Notes: generated by a model not told the origin, from the letters alone. 64,000 nucleotides of DNA from Felis catus (GCF_018350175.1 NC_058383.1:30072001-30136000), one strand, 5' to 3'; positions 1-14,297 are shown, numbered from the stretch's first letter. Program-made: numbers and translations.

Positions 1-370
1 AAGTACAAGGTGCATCATGGAGGCACCAGTCCAGGAAATTGGGCTAAACAGCTTGGGTTTTCTCTTCTAGTCTTCTGGGAATGACCCAAGGTTTTTACTG
101 TTGAATCACTGTTGGATTCTACCAACTCCTTTCCTTTGGAAAGATAACCCCGTGCAAGGGGTATGCAGGGGAGGAAGAACCTCACACCCACCTGATCTGC
201 AAGTTGGGAGACTTTTGTGGCCAAATAGTGCTCCTTCCTCCACCCACTGTGCTTTGTTTAGCTCTGTCATTCCTCTCAAGAACACAGCTAAGTGCTTCTC
301 ATTCACAAACCTGGAAGCCAGCTTTTTGCAGAGTCTTCAGACAAGGACAGATCCGGACTCTGGCTACCAA

Positions 371-552
371 AGAAAGAAAGAGAGAGTGAGAGAGAGAAAG
401 AGAAAAAGAAGGAAGGAAGGAAAGAAGGAAGGAGGGAAGGAAGGACAGATGGACAGACGGAAGGAAGGAAGGAAGGAAGGAAGGAAGGAAGGAAGGAAGG
501 AAGGAAGGAGAGAAAGTAGAAAGAAGATGGAAAGAAAGAAAAAAAAAAAAAG
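371..552. repeat. Polypurine (GGAA)n/(GA)n simple repeat
   Basis: Direct reading: runs of GGAA, GAGA and AAAG. Confidence 0.95.
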
Positions 553-1559
553 AACACCAGAATTAATGGCTAGACTAAGAAGCAAGGCCCCACTTCGCAT
601 TTTCATCCTGAAGCGTGTATAATTAGACCGGAGAGAAATGGCTTATTTAATTCATGTTATTTCATACAAGATCTCTAGCAGCATTCTGTCGTGTCTTTAT
701 GACTCCGGTGCATGCTACTTCTCTAACAGTTTAGAACAACAATGGGGCTTTACTTATCTTCAGGAAGCCAGCCCATTCTTTTGATGAAGGAGAAATAGCC
801 CCAGCCCCAGGTTGCCATAGACACTGGGAAAGGCTGTCACCAAGCTGCAGCACACCTATTTGGTGGTGACAAGCAGAATTAGAGGTATTGAGGAATCAAA
901 GGCAAAACTAGCCTGATGAAACAAAGGGTCCCATCAGCTTCTCCCAACATACTTTTTTGCCTCCCGGTGTCCTTTTTCCTCTCCCTTCCACCCTGAAGCC
1001 GGGTGAATGGATTTGAATCTTAAGGGTGGAGGCAGTAACCTCCACACAGGGCTCAAATTCAGGTGCATGGCAAAGACCTTCCTTAAACCACGTGAGTGGC
1101 TTCCCATGGTTCCCTCCTTCTTGACTTACATGCCGACAAACCCTGGAAGGTCTGTCACACCTGCCAGTGTCTCCAAATTCCTCAGTCACTCTGCTCCCGC
1201 CGCCCTTCGGTCTTCCTTTGAGTTCATAAATATGCAACACGTTTCCTACCTGGGGGACCTTTGCCCTTGGTGTTCTGCCTTCCTAAATTCTCTCTCTCCT
1301 GCCTTTTGTGTGCCTGGTTCCATCTTGTTTCCCAGGTCTCTTTTTAAAGTTGCTTTCACTAGAGGACATGCCTGACCATTATATCTGAAATATCTCCTCC
1401 ACCCCACTTGTCCCCTATCACATCCTCTTGGTTCTTGCCTGGTAATTTTCACAGCCTATAATTATCTTTTATTTACTGTTTGCTTATTTATGGCTGGCCA
1501 CCCCCACAAGGGTGCAAGCTGCAAAAAAGGCAGATGCCCAATAGATGTATTGCTTATCT

Positions 1560-2230
1560 TTGCTTGGTTTCCTCCCAACCCCGACGCTTGAGGCAAGGAT
1601 TCAAGTCCAAGGGGCATATTTGGGAGGCAAAGGAAGTGAAGTCAGGAGGTGGGAGGGAGACCAGGAAGGGAAAGCAGCCACTGAAGGGCTGTGATAAGAA
1701 GTTATCATTGACTAGGGGGCTCATGAACAACAGGAGCTGATTTTTCACAGTTCCAGATGCCAGAAGTCTGAAATCAGGGTACCATCCTGATCAGGTTCTG
1801 GTGAGAGCCCCCTTCCTGGCCGCAGATGGTCTATGTCTCCTTGTGTCTCTCGTGGAATAAATGCGGAATGGGGAAGGGAGCCCACCGAGGTCTTTTTTTA
1901 TAAGGATGCTAATTCCATTCATGAAGCTTCTACCCTCATCACCATAATCACCTCCCAAAGCCCTCAAATACCATTACAGCAGAAATTAATTTTTAACATA
2001 TCAAGTTGTGGGGATACAAATCTTCAGTTGATCGCTGGTGTGTTACCAAGTGAATTACCATTGGGTCTCTGGGATGTGATCCCTCTGGGAAACTCCTGGA
2101 AACAGTGAAGAGCACAAAACTCAGACTTGCCATAGCTGAGGGGTGGCAGAGCCCTGGTCATTGCCCGCCAGCTCCCATGAATCATTGAGGGCTGTTCCCA
2201 GGGAGCAGGAAGTCTCCTTGTAAGCACATA
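1560..2230. mobile_element. Old ERVL LTR16-like LTR interrupted by an MLT1A-like MaLR LTR fragment (~1738-2030)
   Basis: LTR16-like motif gaggcaaggattcaagtccaag...tttgggagg; MLT1-like tcacagttccagatgccagaagtctgaaatcaggg. Assigned from memory of consensus sequences. Confidence 0.55.
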
Positions 2231-3178
2231 AGAAACAGATTATGTACCAGAAGTAATTGTCTTTGGAGAGCTTTGTAGGAAAGAGACAATGTGGTTAATC
2301 TGAGAACATACTACAACATAAGGGTGGGGGTAAGACACGTGGGTGAGGGCAACTGGGCATTATGGATAAGAGTCATGTGAAAATAAGGGGCTGGCCTAAA
2401 GGGCCATGGGAGAAAAACAAGTGGATGCTTTACTCAATCAAAAGGGTGAAAGGGTCAGCATGCCATAGTTTTAAAATTGAGGTGACAGTTACATACAATG
2501 GAGTACACGTGTATTAATGGCACAACCCAGTTTGTAACTCTGTTTACATCCATATAGCCACAACCCAGATCAAGACATAAGCTGTTTCCATGCTGCCAGA
2601 AAGTTCTGTCATGCCCCTTTCCAGTCCTCCTCCTTATCCTCAAGAAATCACTCTTCTGACTTTTGTCTCCAAAAAATAAATTTTAAAGTAACATATTTTT
2701 AATGGGTAGAAGGAATAAATGCTTGTTGTAGAACATTCATACAATGACAAAGGTACTAAATGCAATAAGTTAACTCACCTGTAATCCTATAGTGCAGAAG
2801 TAGCCACCTTGAACATTTTCATCTGTTTCTTGTTGTCTTTATTCATTTTTTATTTTAACTTGAGCCCATATCGTATATTCCATTTTATATTCTGATTTTT
2901 AAACCAATCATCAGGTCACAAACGTTTCCAGGTTAATTACAAAGTCTTTGTAAATAAGCATCATTTTACATGGCTTTAAATATTCCATTGAGGATTTTAG
3001 CAAAAAGTATTGACCAGTTCCATACATGTTGGTGATTTTAGTTTGTTTTTTTCCCCCACTGCTTTGCGGTAATGAATGCCTTTTTCCATAAAGTTGTCTG
3101 GCTCTCAGATCGTTCTCTTAGAATGGGTGTGGAGGTACAGAGTTAAAAGAATACATATATTCAAACTCCTGTTATGTA

Positions 3179-3664
3179 CAGACAGTCCCCTAGTTACCAT
3201 GGTTCACCTTGCGATTTTTCAACTTTACAATGGTGTGAAAGTGATATGCATTCAGTAGAAACTGTCCTTGGAATTTTGAATGTGGATCTTTCCCGGGGCT
3301 AGAGATAGGCAGTCTGGTCTTCCCTCGTGATCCTGGGTAATGGCAGCAGCCACAGCCCCCAGCCAACCACAATCACGAGAGTAAGTGACCGATACGCTGA
3401 CAACCACTGCAATTTGTCACTTTCAGTACAGTACTCAATAAATTACATGAGCTATTCAATACTTTATTGTAAAATAGGCTTTGTATTGGATGACTTGGCC
3501 CAACTCTAGGCTAACGTAAGTGATATGAGCATATTTAAGGTGGGCGAGGCTAAGCTATGATGTTCGGTAGGTTAGGGGTATGAAATGCATTTTCAACTTA
3601 TGATATTTTCAACTGACTATGGGTTTATCAGGATATAACCTCACTGTAAGTTGAGAAAGATCTG
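3179..3664. mobile_element. TcMar-Tigger non-autonomous DNA transposon (MER47/Tigger5-like)
   Basis: Begins CAG (3179) and ends CTG (3664), flanked by TA on both sides (3177-78, 3665-66). The right end gcattttcaacttatgatattttcaac...gggtttatcagg matches the remembered MER47 terminus. Confidence 0.8.
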
Positions 3665-5589
3665 TATCTTCAGAGAGCGTTCCAGAACAGATTGATTTAC
3701 ATTCCTACATCTGGGTACCCAAAGGGTGCCCATTAGGCATCCTGCTCACCAGCATTAAAGACCATTGTTTTTTTTGTTTTGTTTTTTTGTTTTTGAAACT
3801 TGAACTACTATCTGGAAAAACTCAGAGAAGCTCTCCAAAGAACAGTTGTATTCAGTGCCACTCCAAAGAACAATGGTAGCTTATTTTCCCTCTCCTATTC
3901 TAGAATACTGAGATATTCTGAATAGGTGACCTCAGAAATCACTTTGGTTCAACATCTGGAGCCATCAGTGAGCAATGCATAGGGAGGACAGACAAGGGAC
4001 ATTTGTGGGCTGCCTTGGAGCAGGGTCACAGATGGCCTCCCGTTACATAACCTCCTTCAGAAGAGTACATTCTGTTCACCTCTCATTTCATCATGGGCAT
4101 GGGAAGGAAGAAGTTGACAGGCCCAGTCTGTGACTTGCACAGCTTCAGAGGGTGCCTTTGTGAGGGTGGGATGGCGTGAGAGCTGATAATTACAGTGCAG
4201 GGCACAGCTGAGAGGCATAATGATCAGGGCCAACCTAACATTTAGGTCAGACTGGATAATGGCCTTTGAAGGCATGTTCTGCTATTTAAAATCACCCTCC
4301 CATCTCCAAGAAATCCGGCCTTTTGCGCTGGAATAAAAGGCCAGGGTGTGTGTGCATGCTCTGTATAGGGCACTTCCAAATTTGTTTCTAGGAAAGCTCC
4401 TCCAATGAAAATTCTTTACCATGAGCAGGAAAACTCAATTCCCGTAGACTTTCTAAAAGCCCAAGAAAGTAAATCCAATGATGGTTCTGCCCGGGAGCAA
4501 GAGCTTCATGCGAATGGATGGTCTCCTTCTAAACCCACTTTGGAAATACTGATTCCTTGCCTAAGTTTAGACACCTGTTGGGCCTGTGCCTACTGACTGT
4601 GGTCTCCCTGCCAGGTTCCCCTCTAAGTGCCTTTGCATCACATGACGGTCACCATCACTCAGTAGTTTTTGTACATCTGTTTTCACATCTATCATACGTA
4701 AAATCATGGCTGCACAGTGGTTTTTGTTGTGAATATGCATGTGTATGTTTTGCAGGATGCATTATTAGGCACTGTAATATTTATCCACAAGAGTTAATGT
4801 CATTTCTGTGACAGTCTTTCGCTACCTAAGAAAAAAAAGGAAGAAGAAAAGAGTTTTGTGATAAACAGTACACGGCTGGTGAGGTTACGCACTCTGAGTT
4901 TCCTGAACCCAGACATTCTTGGTTCTTTTGTGTTTATTCTGTGACTGGCTGTTTAAAATACATGCCCACCGCCCCCACCCCCCAAAAGAAAATGACTGCA
5001 ATTTCCATGGAGATGAGACTGGGACTAAAAAGGCAAATGCCTGGATGCTGGATACTCCAGGTCGCCTGGATCTACGAACAGGTGCAGCATCCATAGTGGG
5101 CTTGGCAGGTGCTCCTTCTCTCCCACCAGTCCCATGTCGCTGAGCTAGCTGCCCCCCCCTCCCCCCCGCCACAGTCATGTCATGAGTCCAGGGCCTGGGC
5201 TCCAAGCTCTCCATACATCTTGTTCATTTCTCCTCGAGTTCCTGACATCTTCTCGTGACCCTGAACGTGGAGGGTGCAAGTCTGCAGTACATCGGGAACC
5301 CCAAACCACCCCCTCTAGACTTGGGAACCTTCCTGTCTGACTCCACCAATCCAAAACAAATCCTTTCGCTCTTCTGACCCTGTTTTGTTTGCCTCACTGA
5401 AGTCATAGCACCAAAATAGATTTTCAGTTTTTATAAATTATGACTGACTTGTGGGCAAACACCAATTTATTCCCCCACTTTTGCCTACCTAGGGTTGAAC
5501 TCAGTGCCAAGCACATAGTATGTGCTCATTAAATGTTTTTTAAAATGCTATTAAATGTTATTGGAAATCTGACTTCTAGTTTATATAAA

Positions 5590-5815
5590 TAATAATCTTT
5601 ATAAGGAGCACTTACTATGTATTAGGCACTAATCTAACTGTGTCTTTTATACTTACTAAGTCCTACTGGTCTGGGAGGTGATATTATTGCCCTCCATTTT
5701 ACAAATGAGGAAATAGAGGCCTAGAGAGGTGCAGCAACTTGCCCAAAGTCACATAAATGGGAGGTGGGGGAGTCAGGATTTTAGTCCAAGTCCTCTGGCT
5801 TCGAGTACAGTCCAT
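5590..5815. mobile_element. MIR SINE remnant
   Basis: MIR core ccattttacaaatgaggaaatagaggcctagagagg...acttgcccaaagtcaca. Confidence 0.7.
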
Positions 5816-8800
5816 GACTTTATCCTATTTTATATCATCCCTTGAATAACCACATGGCACTGTGAATTAAGACCAAAAGGTTCAGTCATAGGAGATGGGT
5901 AGTAATCAAATGGTTTAAACTTGTAAGAATAACACTCCCTTTCCACTACCACTAATATTTATGCTAATGTAGTTTCATTCATTTGTTCCTTTGCTCCATC
6001 TACAAATATTTATTGACTGATGACTATGTTGCAGAGACACTTTTAGGAATTAGCTTTCAGTAATGAACAGAAAAGGATACAGCCCGTTATCTCCAAAACC
6101 TTAGCATCTAAATTCATTTCAATTTAACTGTCCTTCAACAAACATCTCCAGAGAATCTCAGGATTATGGTAGGTTCTGGAGAAATAAGAAGGAGTCAGGA
6201 AGAGTCTGAGATCCTTCAAGAACTCCTCTGTGATAAGGGAGACAGACACAACTGCCATAATTAAAGTGAGAAGGAGTGAAAAAGAACAGAAACCCAATGT
6301 GGGAGACACTGAGTCCAACTCCAGTCCTCTCCAGAAGGCTTCCTGGAGGAGACACAGCTGCACATGAATCTTGAGAGAATCTCATGTGACAACCAGGTGA
6401 AACGTGTTGGGACAGCTGCAGCAAGACAAGCAGTCTGATGTTTCTAGAGCCAAGTGAAAAGAAGTGACCAGAGATAAGGCTGGAGAACATGGGACACAGG
6501 CAAGAGAACATGCTGGAGAGATGAAGAAAGTGTTTCCAGAAGACCTACGAGAACTTCCATTTTCTATATCCTGTTTAACAGCATTGAAAAGGAAACAAAC
6601 TGGTCTTCGTGAGGATGATGGAAGCTTCTTTGTCAGATGGCTGTGTGTAGCATAGAACCTCAGAAGATAGCTATCATATGGATGATCACTGCTTCTCCAG
6701 GCCGAGAAGGACTTCACATAAGTCACTAGACTTCCAGGCTGGACTCCTACTTCATCTGAAAAGAAAACTGCCCTTAAACAAAGCGGATATTCAGATTACC
6801 TCATAAGCGACAGAAAATAATGTCAAGGGGGAGAAAAATGAATAAAGACGGACCTGAGAAAACTAATGAAGGGGCATTAGTGGGTGGTTTATGATGCACA
6901 GCCTTTTGTTAATGCTAAGCTTTCCCAGGTGGGTTATATAAGTCACAGAACAAGGCGATGGATGGAAGTTTTATTTTCTCTTGTTGGAAGCAACGAGCTC
7001 CTGTAAACTAAATAAAAGTGTAGGGGCTTGGGAACATGGAGAGTTGATTTACCAGGGCATAAAATTAATCGTTGGGATTATGTTCCACCATATAGCAACA
7101 AAAACAACCACTGCCATTTCTGATGATTTGCTACTTCAGAGATTATCACGACCTTTCACGATGCATTATTACATGTGATTTTTATCTCATCTTTGGGGGT
7201 GGAGAATTATATCACCCCCATTTTACAGACAGTGGAGAATGAGATGGACGAGTCTTGTTCAAGGTCTTTCAGCCAGTAAGGAGCCAAACTGGAATTCAAA
7301 CTCGGGTGCACTGACTTTAAAATGAGTTCATTTTGCCCGTATAACACCTTCCCCAGCACGCCCCCTCTGAGCAAACATCTTCTGCAGAACATTAGTTAGG
7401 ACTCCTCCATTCTCCTTGTCCCAGAGTCACATTTTAACCATCAACCTTGATAACATCTCTTTCGCACAGTTGAAGTTCATACATTTGGAGTAGCTGAAAT
7501 TCCAGTAACATTATTTTCTACTTCTCTCCGGTGAGCTTCCCCAGAAGAAATGCCTTGTTATCTCGAAAGAAAAAATGTAATGAAAAGTCTTCTTATGAGC
7601 AGCCCTTAGTACTGTCTGTTCTTGCCTTTGGGTGAGTTATGATTCTCAAGTAGCAGAGCTGACTCTCAAAACTGGAGGCGAGTAGTGTAAATGCTGCTGT
7701 CCAACCTAGTTTGATTTTATTTACAGAATGTGTTGTTTTGAGCCATTTATTTTGTTCAGTCTTAACTTCAGATTTTGAAATAGTTATAGATTCCCTGGAA
7801 ATTGCAAAAATAGTAGAGGTCCGCATACCCTTCCCCCAGCTTACCCCCATGGGAACACCTAATATCACCACAGAGTACAACATCACCACGGAGTGTTTTA
7901 ATGTTCTTGTTTTTCTGATTTAGTTACTAAAACTAAAACAAAACAAGCAGGCAAACATCAGCAACAAACCTACGAGATCCAGCATAAAAGTTAGAATTTC
8001 AGTCTTAGAGATTGGAAGACCCAGCAATGTGCCCCTGCATGGGTGCTATTGGTGACCAGTTAGTGGTTGTCCGTGTTAACCGACAAGCACCCTCCTGGTC
8101 TATGAATCTCCATTCGGTTGCATTCCCTGCCTGGCCTCTGGAGGCAGTGGAGTTTTAAGTGTATTCTTCAGAAGGGGAACTTTGAAATGACCTCGGGGTA
8201 AGTCTCCAGCACCTCCTTGAAGGCATGGAATTATATGGCTTCCCACCCACCCATAGCTGCTTCACACAGAACATCTTTGAAATCAGAGTTCTTAAGTTGG
8301 GGTCCACAGATCCCTACTGTTAAGATGTGATGATCTGAGGAACTTTGGAAAGTACAGGACATTTTTGTATCCCTATTATCCTAACAAGTGTAAGCATTTT
8401 CAGTTTAGAAGGATGTTCTTGGTGCTTGCATTTCCTCCTCCATGATTTAGCTCATGCCTGCTCTACGGACAGAAATGGGGTTCCAGGCACACCTCACACA
8501 TTTTCTTATTCAACTGCTTTTATCTTGCCTTATGTCACCGCGAAATAAGATTTATTCCTTATCTACCATCCCTTGTTTCTCTCCACTCCCTTCCCACTCC
8601 CGACCACTTGATCTAATTATTTCTGTTGGGAGTTGGATTGATCCGAGGACTTGGAACATGCCTGTACCCCTTCTTTAGACAAAACGTACACAGATTTTAG
8701 GTTAATGGAAAAGGCACTTGGAAAGGAAATGCAAAGCAGAAGAAGGGAGACTGTTAATGGAATCACTAGGGGTCATGTGAGCAGATAGCCAGTCTTGACA

Positions 8801-11771
8801 TTTTGAAATCTGGACGTCTTGTAGTTGCTATGCTTTAGGGCCAGACAATGTCAAAGACTTCCTTTCTCCTTCTCCTACAATAAAAGGACTTAAACTCTAT
8901 CCCTGATCCCCAGTCCAGCAGGAAACTGGATAGATGCAATCAAATGACTGACAGGTCTCCCCTAAAGCCAGAGAGAAGAGAGGGGCATGCAGGGAAAATT
9001 AAAGGCATTAAGGAGATAAGGGTGCCAGAGATTGGAAATGGAAAATAGAGGAGATATAAAGGGGAGAGACTTCTTTCTAAGGAAAGGAAGCCCCAAGAAT
9101 CTAAAATGACCCCCCCACACACACATACACACTATTAAAAAGCCATCTGTACATTCATAGATTTGGTGGGGCATTTGCGGGGTAAGAGTAAGACTGAGGA
9201 TTTACCAGGTTCCCCCTCCTCCAATAAGTATATAAGACCTGATCCGCCCAGAATACACATCCTCCTCCATTGTGCCTGCCTAAGTATTAACTCAGCCCCT
9301 TAACAGCATTTCATGTAATCACAGCCCCAGCTGCCCATGCTGGTAAATCGCTGAGATCACTGCCCTTCTAATGGAAAGTTTGGAAGGTCAAAAGAAGCAG
9401 AGTTGGCTCCCAACTGGGCTTTTGAGAGCTGACCTTTTATTTCCTCCATGGCTGTGCTGCAGACACAAGTCCTCATTTCCCAAGAAGGTCCCTGTAATTG
9501 GGCTGAACACAATGGCAGTGGCGCAGACGCTTGGGGAGGTGGCGACTCAGACTGAAATTCAAGGAATTCAAAATTTGAGAGCTCGTGGGGCCACCAAAAG
9601 CTATTGGGTCCGGTTTCGTGCCTTCCGGTTTCAACCATTCTCTTATTAGGGTGTAACAAGTCCTCCCCCCTCGGCCCCCATGTTCCAGACATACCATGCC
9701 TGAAAGACAGGCTTTCCTGAGTAGACCATTCTAGCCTCATTTTAGGTCACCTTTCAAGTGTTTCCTTTGTCCAATAAAAAAGGTCTCAAGAACTGTGCCT
9801 ACATTGCCTTTGCTTTCTTTTTAAGGTCAGCTCTTCTTGTATTCTCATTATCCAAGATGGAAGTCATGGAGGGCACCTCATTTTGCGAAGGAACACAGAC
9901 AATAATTAAGTTGCCACATAGCCTTTTCCTTTCTGGGCTAATTCCAATTATTTTTAACCTTTTCATATGGACCCCTTTTTCTGACCTTTTAATGAATTTT
10001 CGCTGCTTACCTCTCTTGGGTCCTTCACAGTTTTGCCAAAACTTGTCAACAAGAATCATGAAATGATTACTGTTTCACCTCCTGGTTGCAATAGCAGACT
10101 CCTGTTTTTGAGAAACAGTCAATAAGAATTCTATGCCTAATTTTCAGCTCCCTGTCTGCAGTGATGTTCCCACCAAGTACATGAGTTCTGCTGTCTTCTT
10201 TCTCAGCTTAATGTTGTACCTATAAAATAATATGATTACTTCAGGTATTTTCAAGTAGTTCCTGAGGCCTCACTAAGCATATAAGAGTGCACGACTAGGT
10301 ACTGTAACTGATAGAAAATGGGCAGGTATTGTCAGATCCTTGTAATATAAGCACCCCAATGATGGGCATGTGGAAGAGATTACACTTTGAGTAACTATTA
10401 TGCGCCCGTTACGTGTTTAATCTCTTTATCGACCTAGAATCTCTTCAAAATGGATGATGTCATTGCTGCTTTACAGAGGAGCAAACCAAGATTCAGAGAA
10501 TTTTAGTGACTTGCACAAATTTTTGCAGTAGTTAATTGAGTGGTAGAAAAGTCCTATAAACCCAGGATGGTCTTACCCTAAAGTAAATACTTGGAGTTTT
10601 CAGGGCTTTGGCAGTTTTTGCTCTGTTCATGTTTATGACCTTGGATCCCTTCCCCTCCAAGTCAAGGGTCACCTTGAAAAGACCAAGCTGATATTAGTAA
10701 CTTATGTATGATAAGTGCTGTTATCCTCAAGAATCCAATGGGACATTCACAGAGGGGATGATTAAACCCTATCAGGATCTTCCCTAATGGAATTGCCATG
10801 ACCCTGTTCTTTATGGTTCAAGGGACTCTACAGAATGAAGAGTAAGTGCATGGAGCCTGGGACCGGGCTGGTTTTCATCCCAGTTGCCCACCTACTGACT
10901 GTGCAGCCTTGGGAAAAAGGTTCTACCTCTCTCTGTTTCCATTTTTTTATCTGTAGAATAGAAATATAGATAATGCTCATGTCCTCGTTGCACTGTTGGG
11001 TGCATTAATACATTAAAGTGGATAGAGCTGAGCCTGAAAAAGATTAAACGCTGAGTAATTAGTATCCATCTCTGAAATCTCTCCTCCGCAGGGTGTGGCA
11101 GCAGCCTTCAATGTCCATCTTTTCTGGAGCCATGCTTTCAAGACGGTAACCATGGTAAAAGGCTTCTCTAGATGTTTCCATGACATTTTTTTGTTGTTCC
11201 TTTAAGCAAAAACTTGCAAATCTCTTTTGAAAAGCAAATATATCTAATTTTTCCAGGCCAAAGAGAATCTAGGTTTCTATCAGAGCATAAAGGGCTTTAA
11301 AACAAGGATATGGGGGATTAGACAGGATGTTCTAAAGCAATTAACTACACAAATGGAAGAGACAAAATCAAATCTATCTGAAATACAAGGTCTTTATGTT
11401 TAAGGTAACTGCGGCAGCTTCAGCAGGAATAGGAAATGGGAGAGAATTCTAAAGTGTCCTTGCTCACCTGAGCAGTTTATTTTTTTTTCTATGTCCTTGA
11501 ACATAAAAATCTATATTGAAGTAAAAAATATATATATATATATGGGACAGGACACCAATCTCCCAATTTATTTCCCTATTGAGTTTCCTTCTTAACAGCA
11601 CCCTAAGGAAAAATGACAATATTCAAATGTTTAAAAATAAACCATTTTGCTTGAACTATCAGGAGCTGTGGGGTGAACTAATTTTTGTTTGTTCTCACAT
11701 TTTGCCAAGGTTAAGTCCACCAAAAATAATTTAAGTACTGCCTTTCTCCAGTTATACTCCAGTAAACTTGA

Positions 11772-11975
11772 ATTTTTTCAATGTTTATTCATTTATTTTT
11801 GAGAGAGAGAGAGCGCACAGTGGGGGAGGCACAGAGACAGAGGGGGAGACACAGAATCCCAAGCAGGCTCTGACCTGTCAGCACAGAGCCCCATGCAGGG
11901 CTCGAACTCACGAAACCTGGGACCATGACCTGAGACGAAGTCAGATGCTTAACCGACTAAGCCACCCAGCCACCC
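11772..11975 (-). mobile_element. CanSINE (tRNA-derived carnivore SINE)
   Basis: Reverse-complement head gccacccagccaccc, gggctcgaactcac box, (GA)n tract and T-rich tail. Confidence 0.9.
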
Positions 11976-13988
11976 TCAAATTATTATTATTTTTTGAATC
12001 CTCTGCGAATGGACGTCATTTTCCACCAACTTGGGCTCAATCACGCACAATTTTCTGCCATTTCCCGCAACATACTTTACCATCATTTGCCTGATGGTTT
12101 GTGTGTTTGTCTTGTCTTTTCCACCATTGTTCAGATTCTTTGAGGGGTGTGTTCTTGCTGAACCCCTCGGAAGCCCCTGTAGCTCCAAATACTCCTATAG
12201 TTTTCTCACTACGTGTGCTGAAGACACCAACTCAGGGAAGTTGTGCATGAATCCTCTCAGGCAATGCGTGTTGTTAAAATAATAGGAGTTTTACTACGAG
12301 AAAAAAACAAAACAAAACCTGGGCACATCTTGAAAGCTGTTGTTTTCATTAATTAGCATAATGGATCAAGTAAATAGGGAAGAAATTATGTTTGAAAAAG
12401 AACAGATTACCTACAGGGCTGAAATCTTGTCACACGATAGGTTTGCAGTGTTAGCGCATTTTTCATTTTAGAGAGGGCTTATTCATTAAGCTTAGAGGCA
12501 TTCTCTGTTCACAGTATATTCTGAAAAGCACCAGTCTCTTTCCAAACAAAGGGGAATCCCACAACTTTGTAATAAGGAGACTGGCTAGTAGGCTGGCTGA
12601 ATGTAACTGAGAGCCTTAGCTGAAGTTCTGCTAAAAACCTGGAACACTGATCCCAGACATTCATTCATTCATTCCTCATTCCATTGAGAATTATTGAGCA
12701 CTTACTATGAACCAAGTGTGGCTTGTTGAACACAGTGAGGTCACCAAGCTGACGAAAAAGGCAGGCAATAGATGGTCTAGACCCAAAGCACACAGAGGCT
12801 GTCTATCCTGGGGATATGAGGTTAAATCCGGTGGGTCAACCCTTCCTCCATGCTTGGCTCAGTTTTTACCTTCTCTGTGAATCCATCCACCTATTTCCCC
12901 CTGCATTCCCAAAATGTTTACTCAAAACTTCCATTTTCCTGTATTTCCTTTGTGTGATATTATTATTACCTTGGATTCAGTCAAACACAGTGGTAAGAAT
13001 ATGAACTTTTAGAGTCAGACTGAGATTTGCATTCTAGCTTCAACCCTTTATTGTTTTATGTCTTCAAACACAGAACTAACTTAACCCCCCTGGACCTCAG
13101 CTTCTTCATCTGTGAAACAGGCATAATAAAAGTTTGCCCCGAGATAAAACAAATGCCCTCTGTTGCACACGCATAGAAATGATAGCTATTGTAACTACTA
13201 CGTGCAGCACTAACTGAATTTTTCTAAGTAGTTTCGGTCATATTCACTCATCTAGTTCTCACAATAATCCCATGAAGTAGGCACTTCTGTTATTTCAGAT
13301 TAGAAAACAGAAGCGGAGAGGTTAAGGAGCTCTCTCAATGTTACACAGTCAGTTAAATGTTGGGTCTGAGTTTTGGATTGAGGTATATGGCCTCCAGGCT
13401 TTCAGAGCTTACCACTCTGCTATCCTGATTTTTGTAAAAGAGCACCATAGGTGTTAGTAAGTGGTAGCTCTTTTCCTTAAAATAAACACAATTTTTATGA
13501 TCTTTTCCCACCACTGTGTTCATAACATCTTGCCACGTCTATTTATCCATCTTCCACCTTCTGTGCTCTGCATATAGTAGGTCCACAACATTTGTTCATC
13601 GAATTGGATTGAAATGCCTTCCCTAAAAACAAAAGAAAGCAAAAGAAAACAAAAAAACCCTAAGGGATATATAGTGTTAAATGATAATTCTGTCCTTTTT
13701 TTTTTTTCCCGATAAGTGTTTTTTCCAGGACCCTAGACACTAGTGCAAAATGCAAATTTTTGAACACTTTAGAATGTCACCCTCCATTCCAATGATTTCA
13801 CAGCTTTTCAGTTTCCAGTTCTTTTCTTCCTCTCTCAATCCCTCCCCATAAGCCATTCTTAGAAAATAATTCTCACCTTCCATCCAAGATTTGCAACTTG
13901 TATTTATTTGCCACCTTGCAAACAGTCATCTGCCCACTGGCTCAGGGGAATGGCCCACTATGCTAAGAGGTTTAAAAAGAGTACAGAT

Positions 13989-14286
13989 TGTTACAGAACC
14001 AGGCTGGAACGCTGGCAGAAAAACCAAGCGGCACTCAGAGATTTTGGTGGATTGGAAATTTATTTAACACCGGTGGGCTCAGAGAAGACCCTTTCTCCAA
14101 AGATCTGAGCACCAAATACAAGTGGGAAGGGTAATTTTTCGTTGTCGGCTTCATTATCTGTGGGGGTTTTCACGTGCGTGGCAAACGGGGCAAGAAGAAC
14201 CTGGAGGAGGGGTCTCTAAGCTAGAGACCAGAGCTTGTTTTAGTCCCCTCGGCCATCTTTGGCATACTTTATTTATTTCTCCAACA
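13989..14286 (-). mobile_element. 3' LTR of the provirus (298 bp)
   Basis: tgttacagaacc...tctccaaca aligns to 21924-22222; AATAAA on the minus strand at 14059-14064. Confidence 0.97.
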
Positions 14287-14297
14287 TTCCCCCCCTT
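14287..14297 (-). other. Polypurine tract (PPT)
   Basis: Minus strand AAGGGGGGGAA immediately precedes the TG of the 3' LTR. Confidence 0.93.

Noticed and set aside
101..622. 173-aa Lys/Glu/Arg-rich ORF and overlapping antisense ORFs
   Set aside because: Produced by the stop-free GGAA/GA microsatellite; no domain features.
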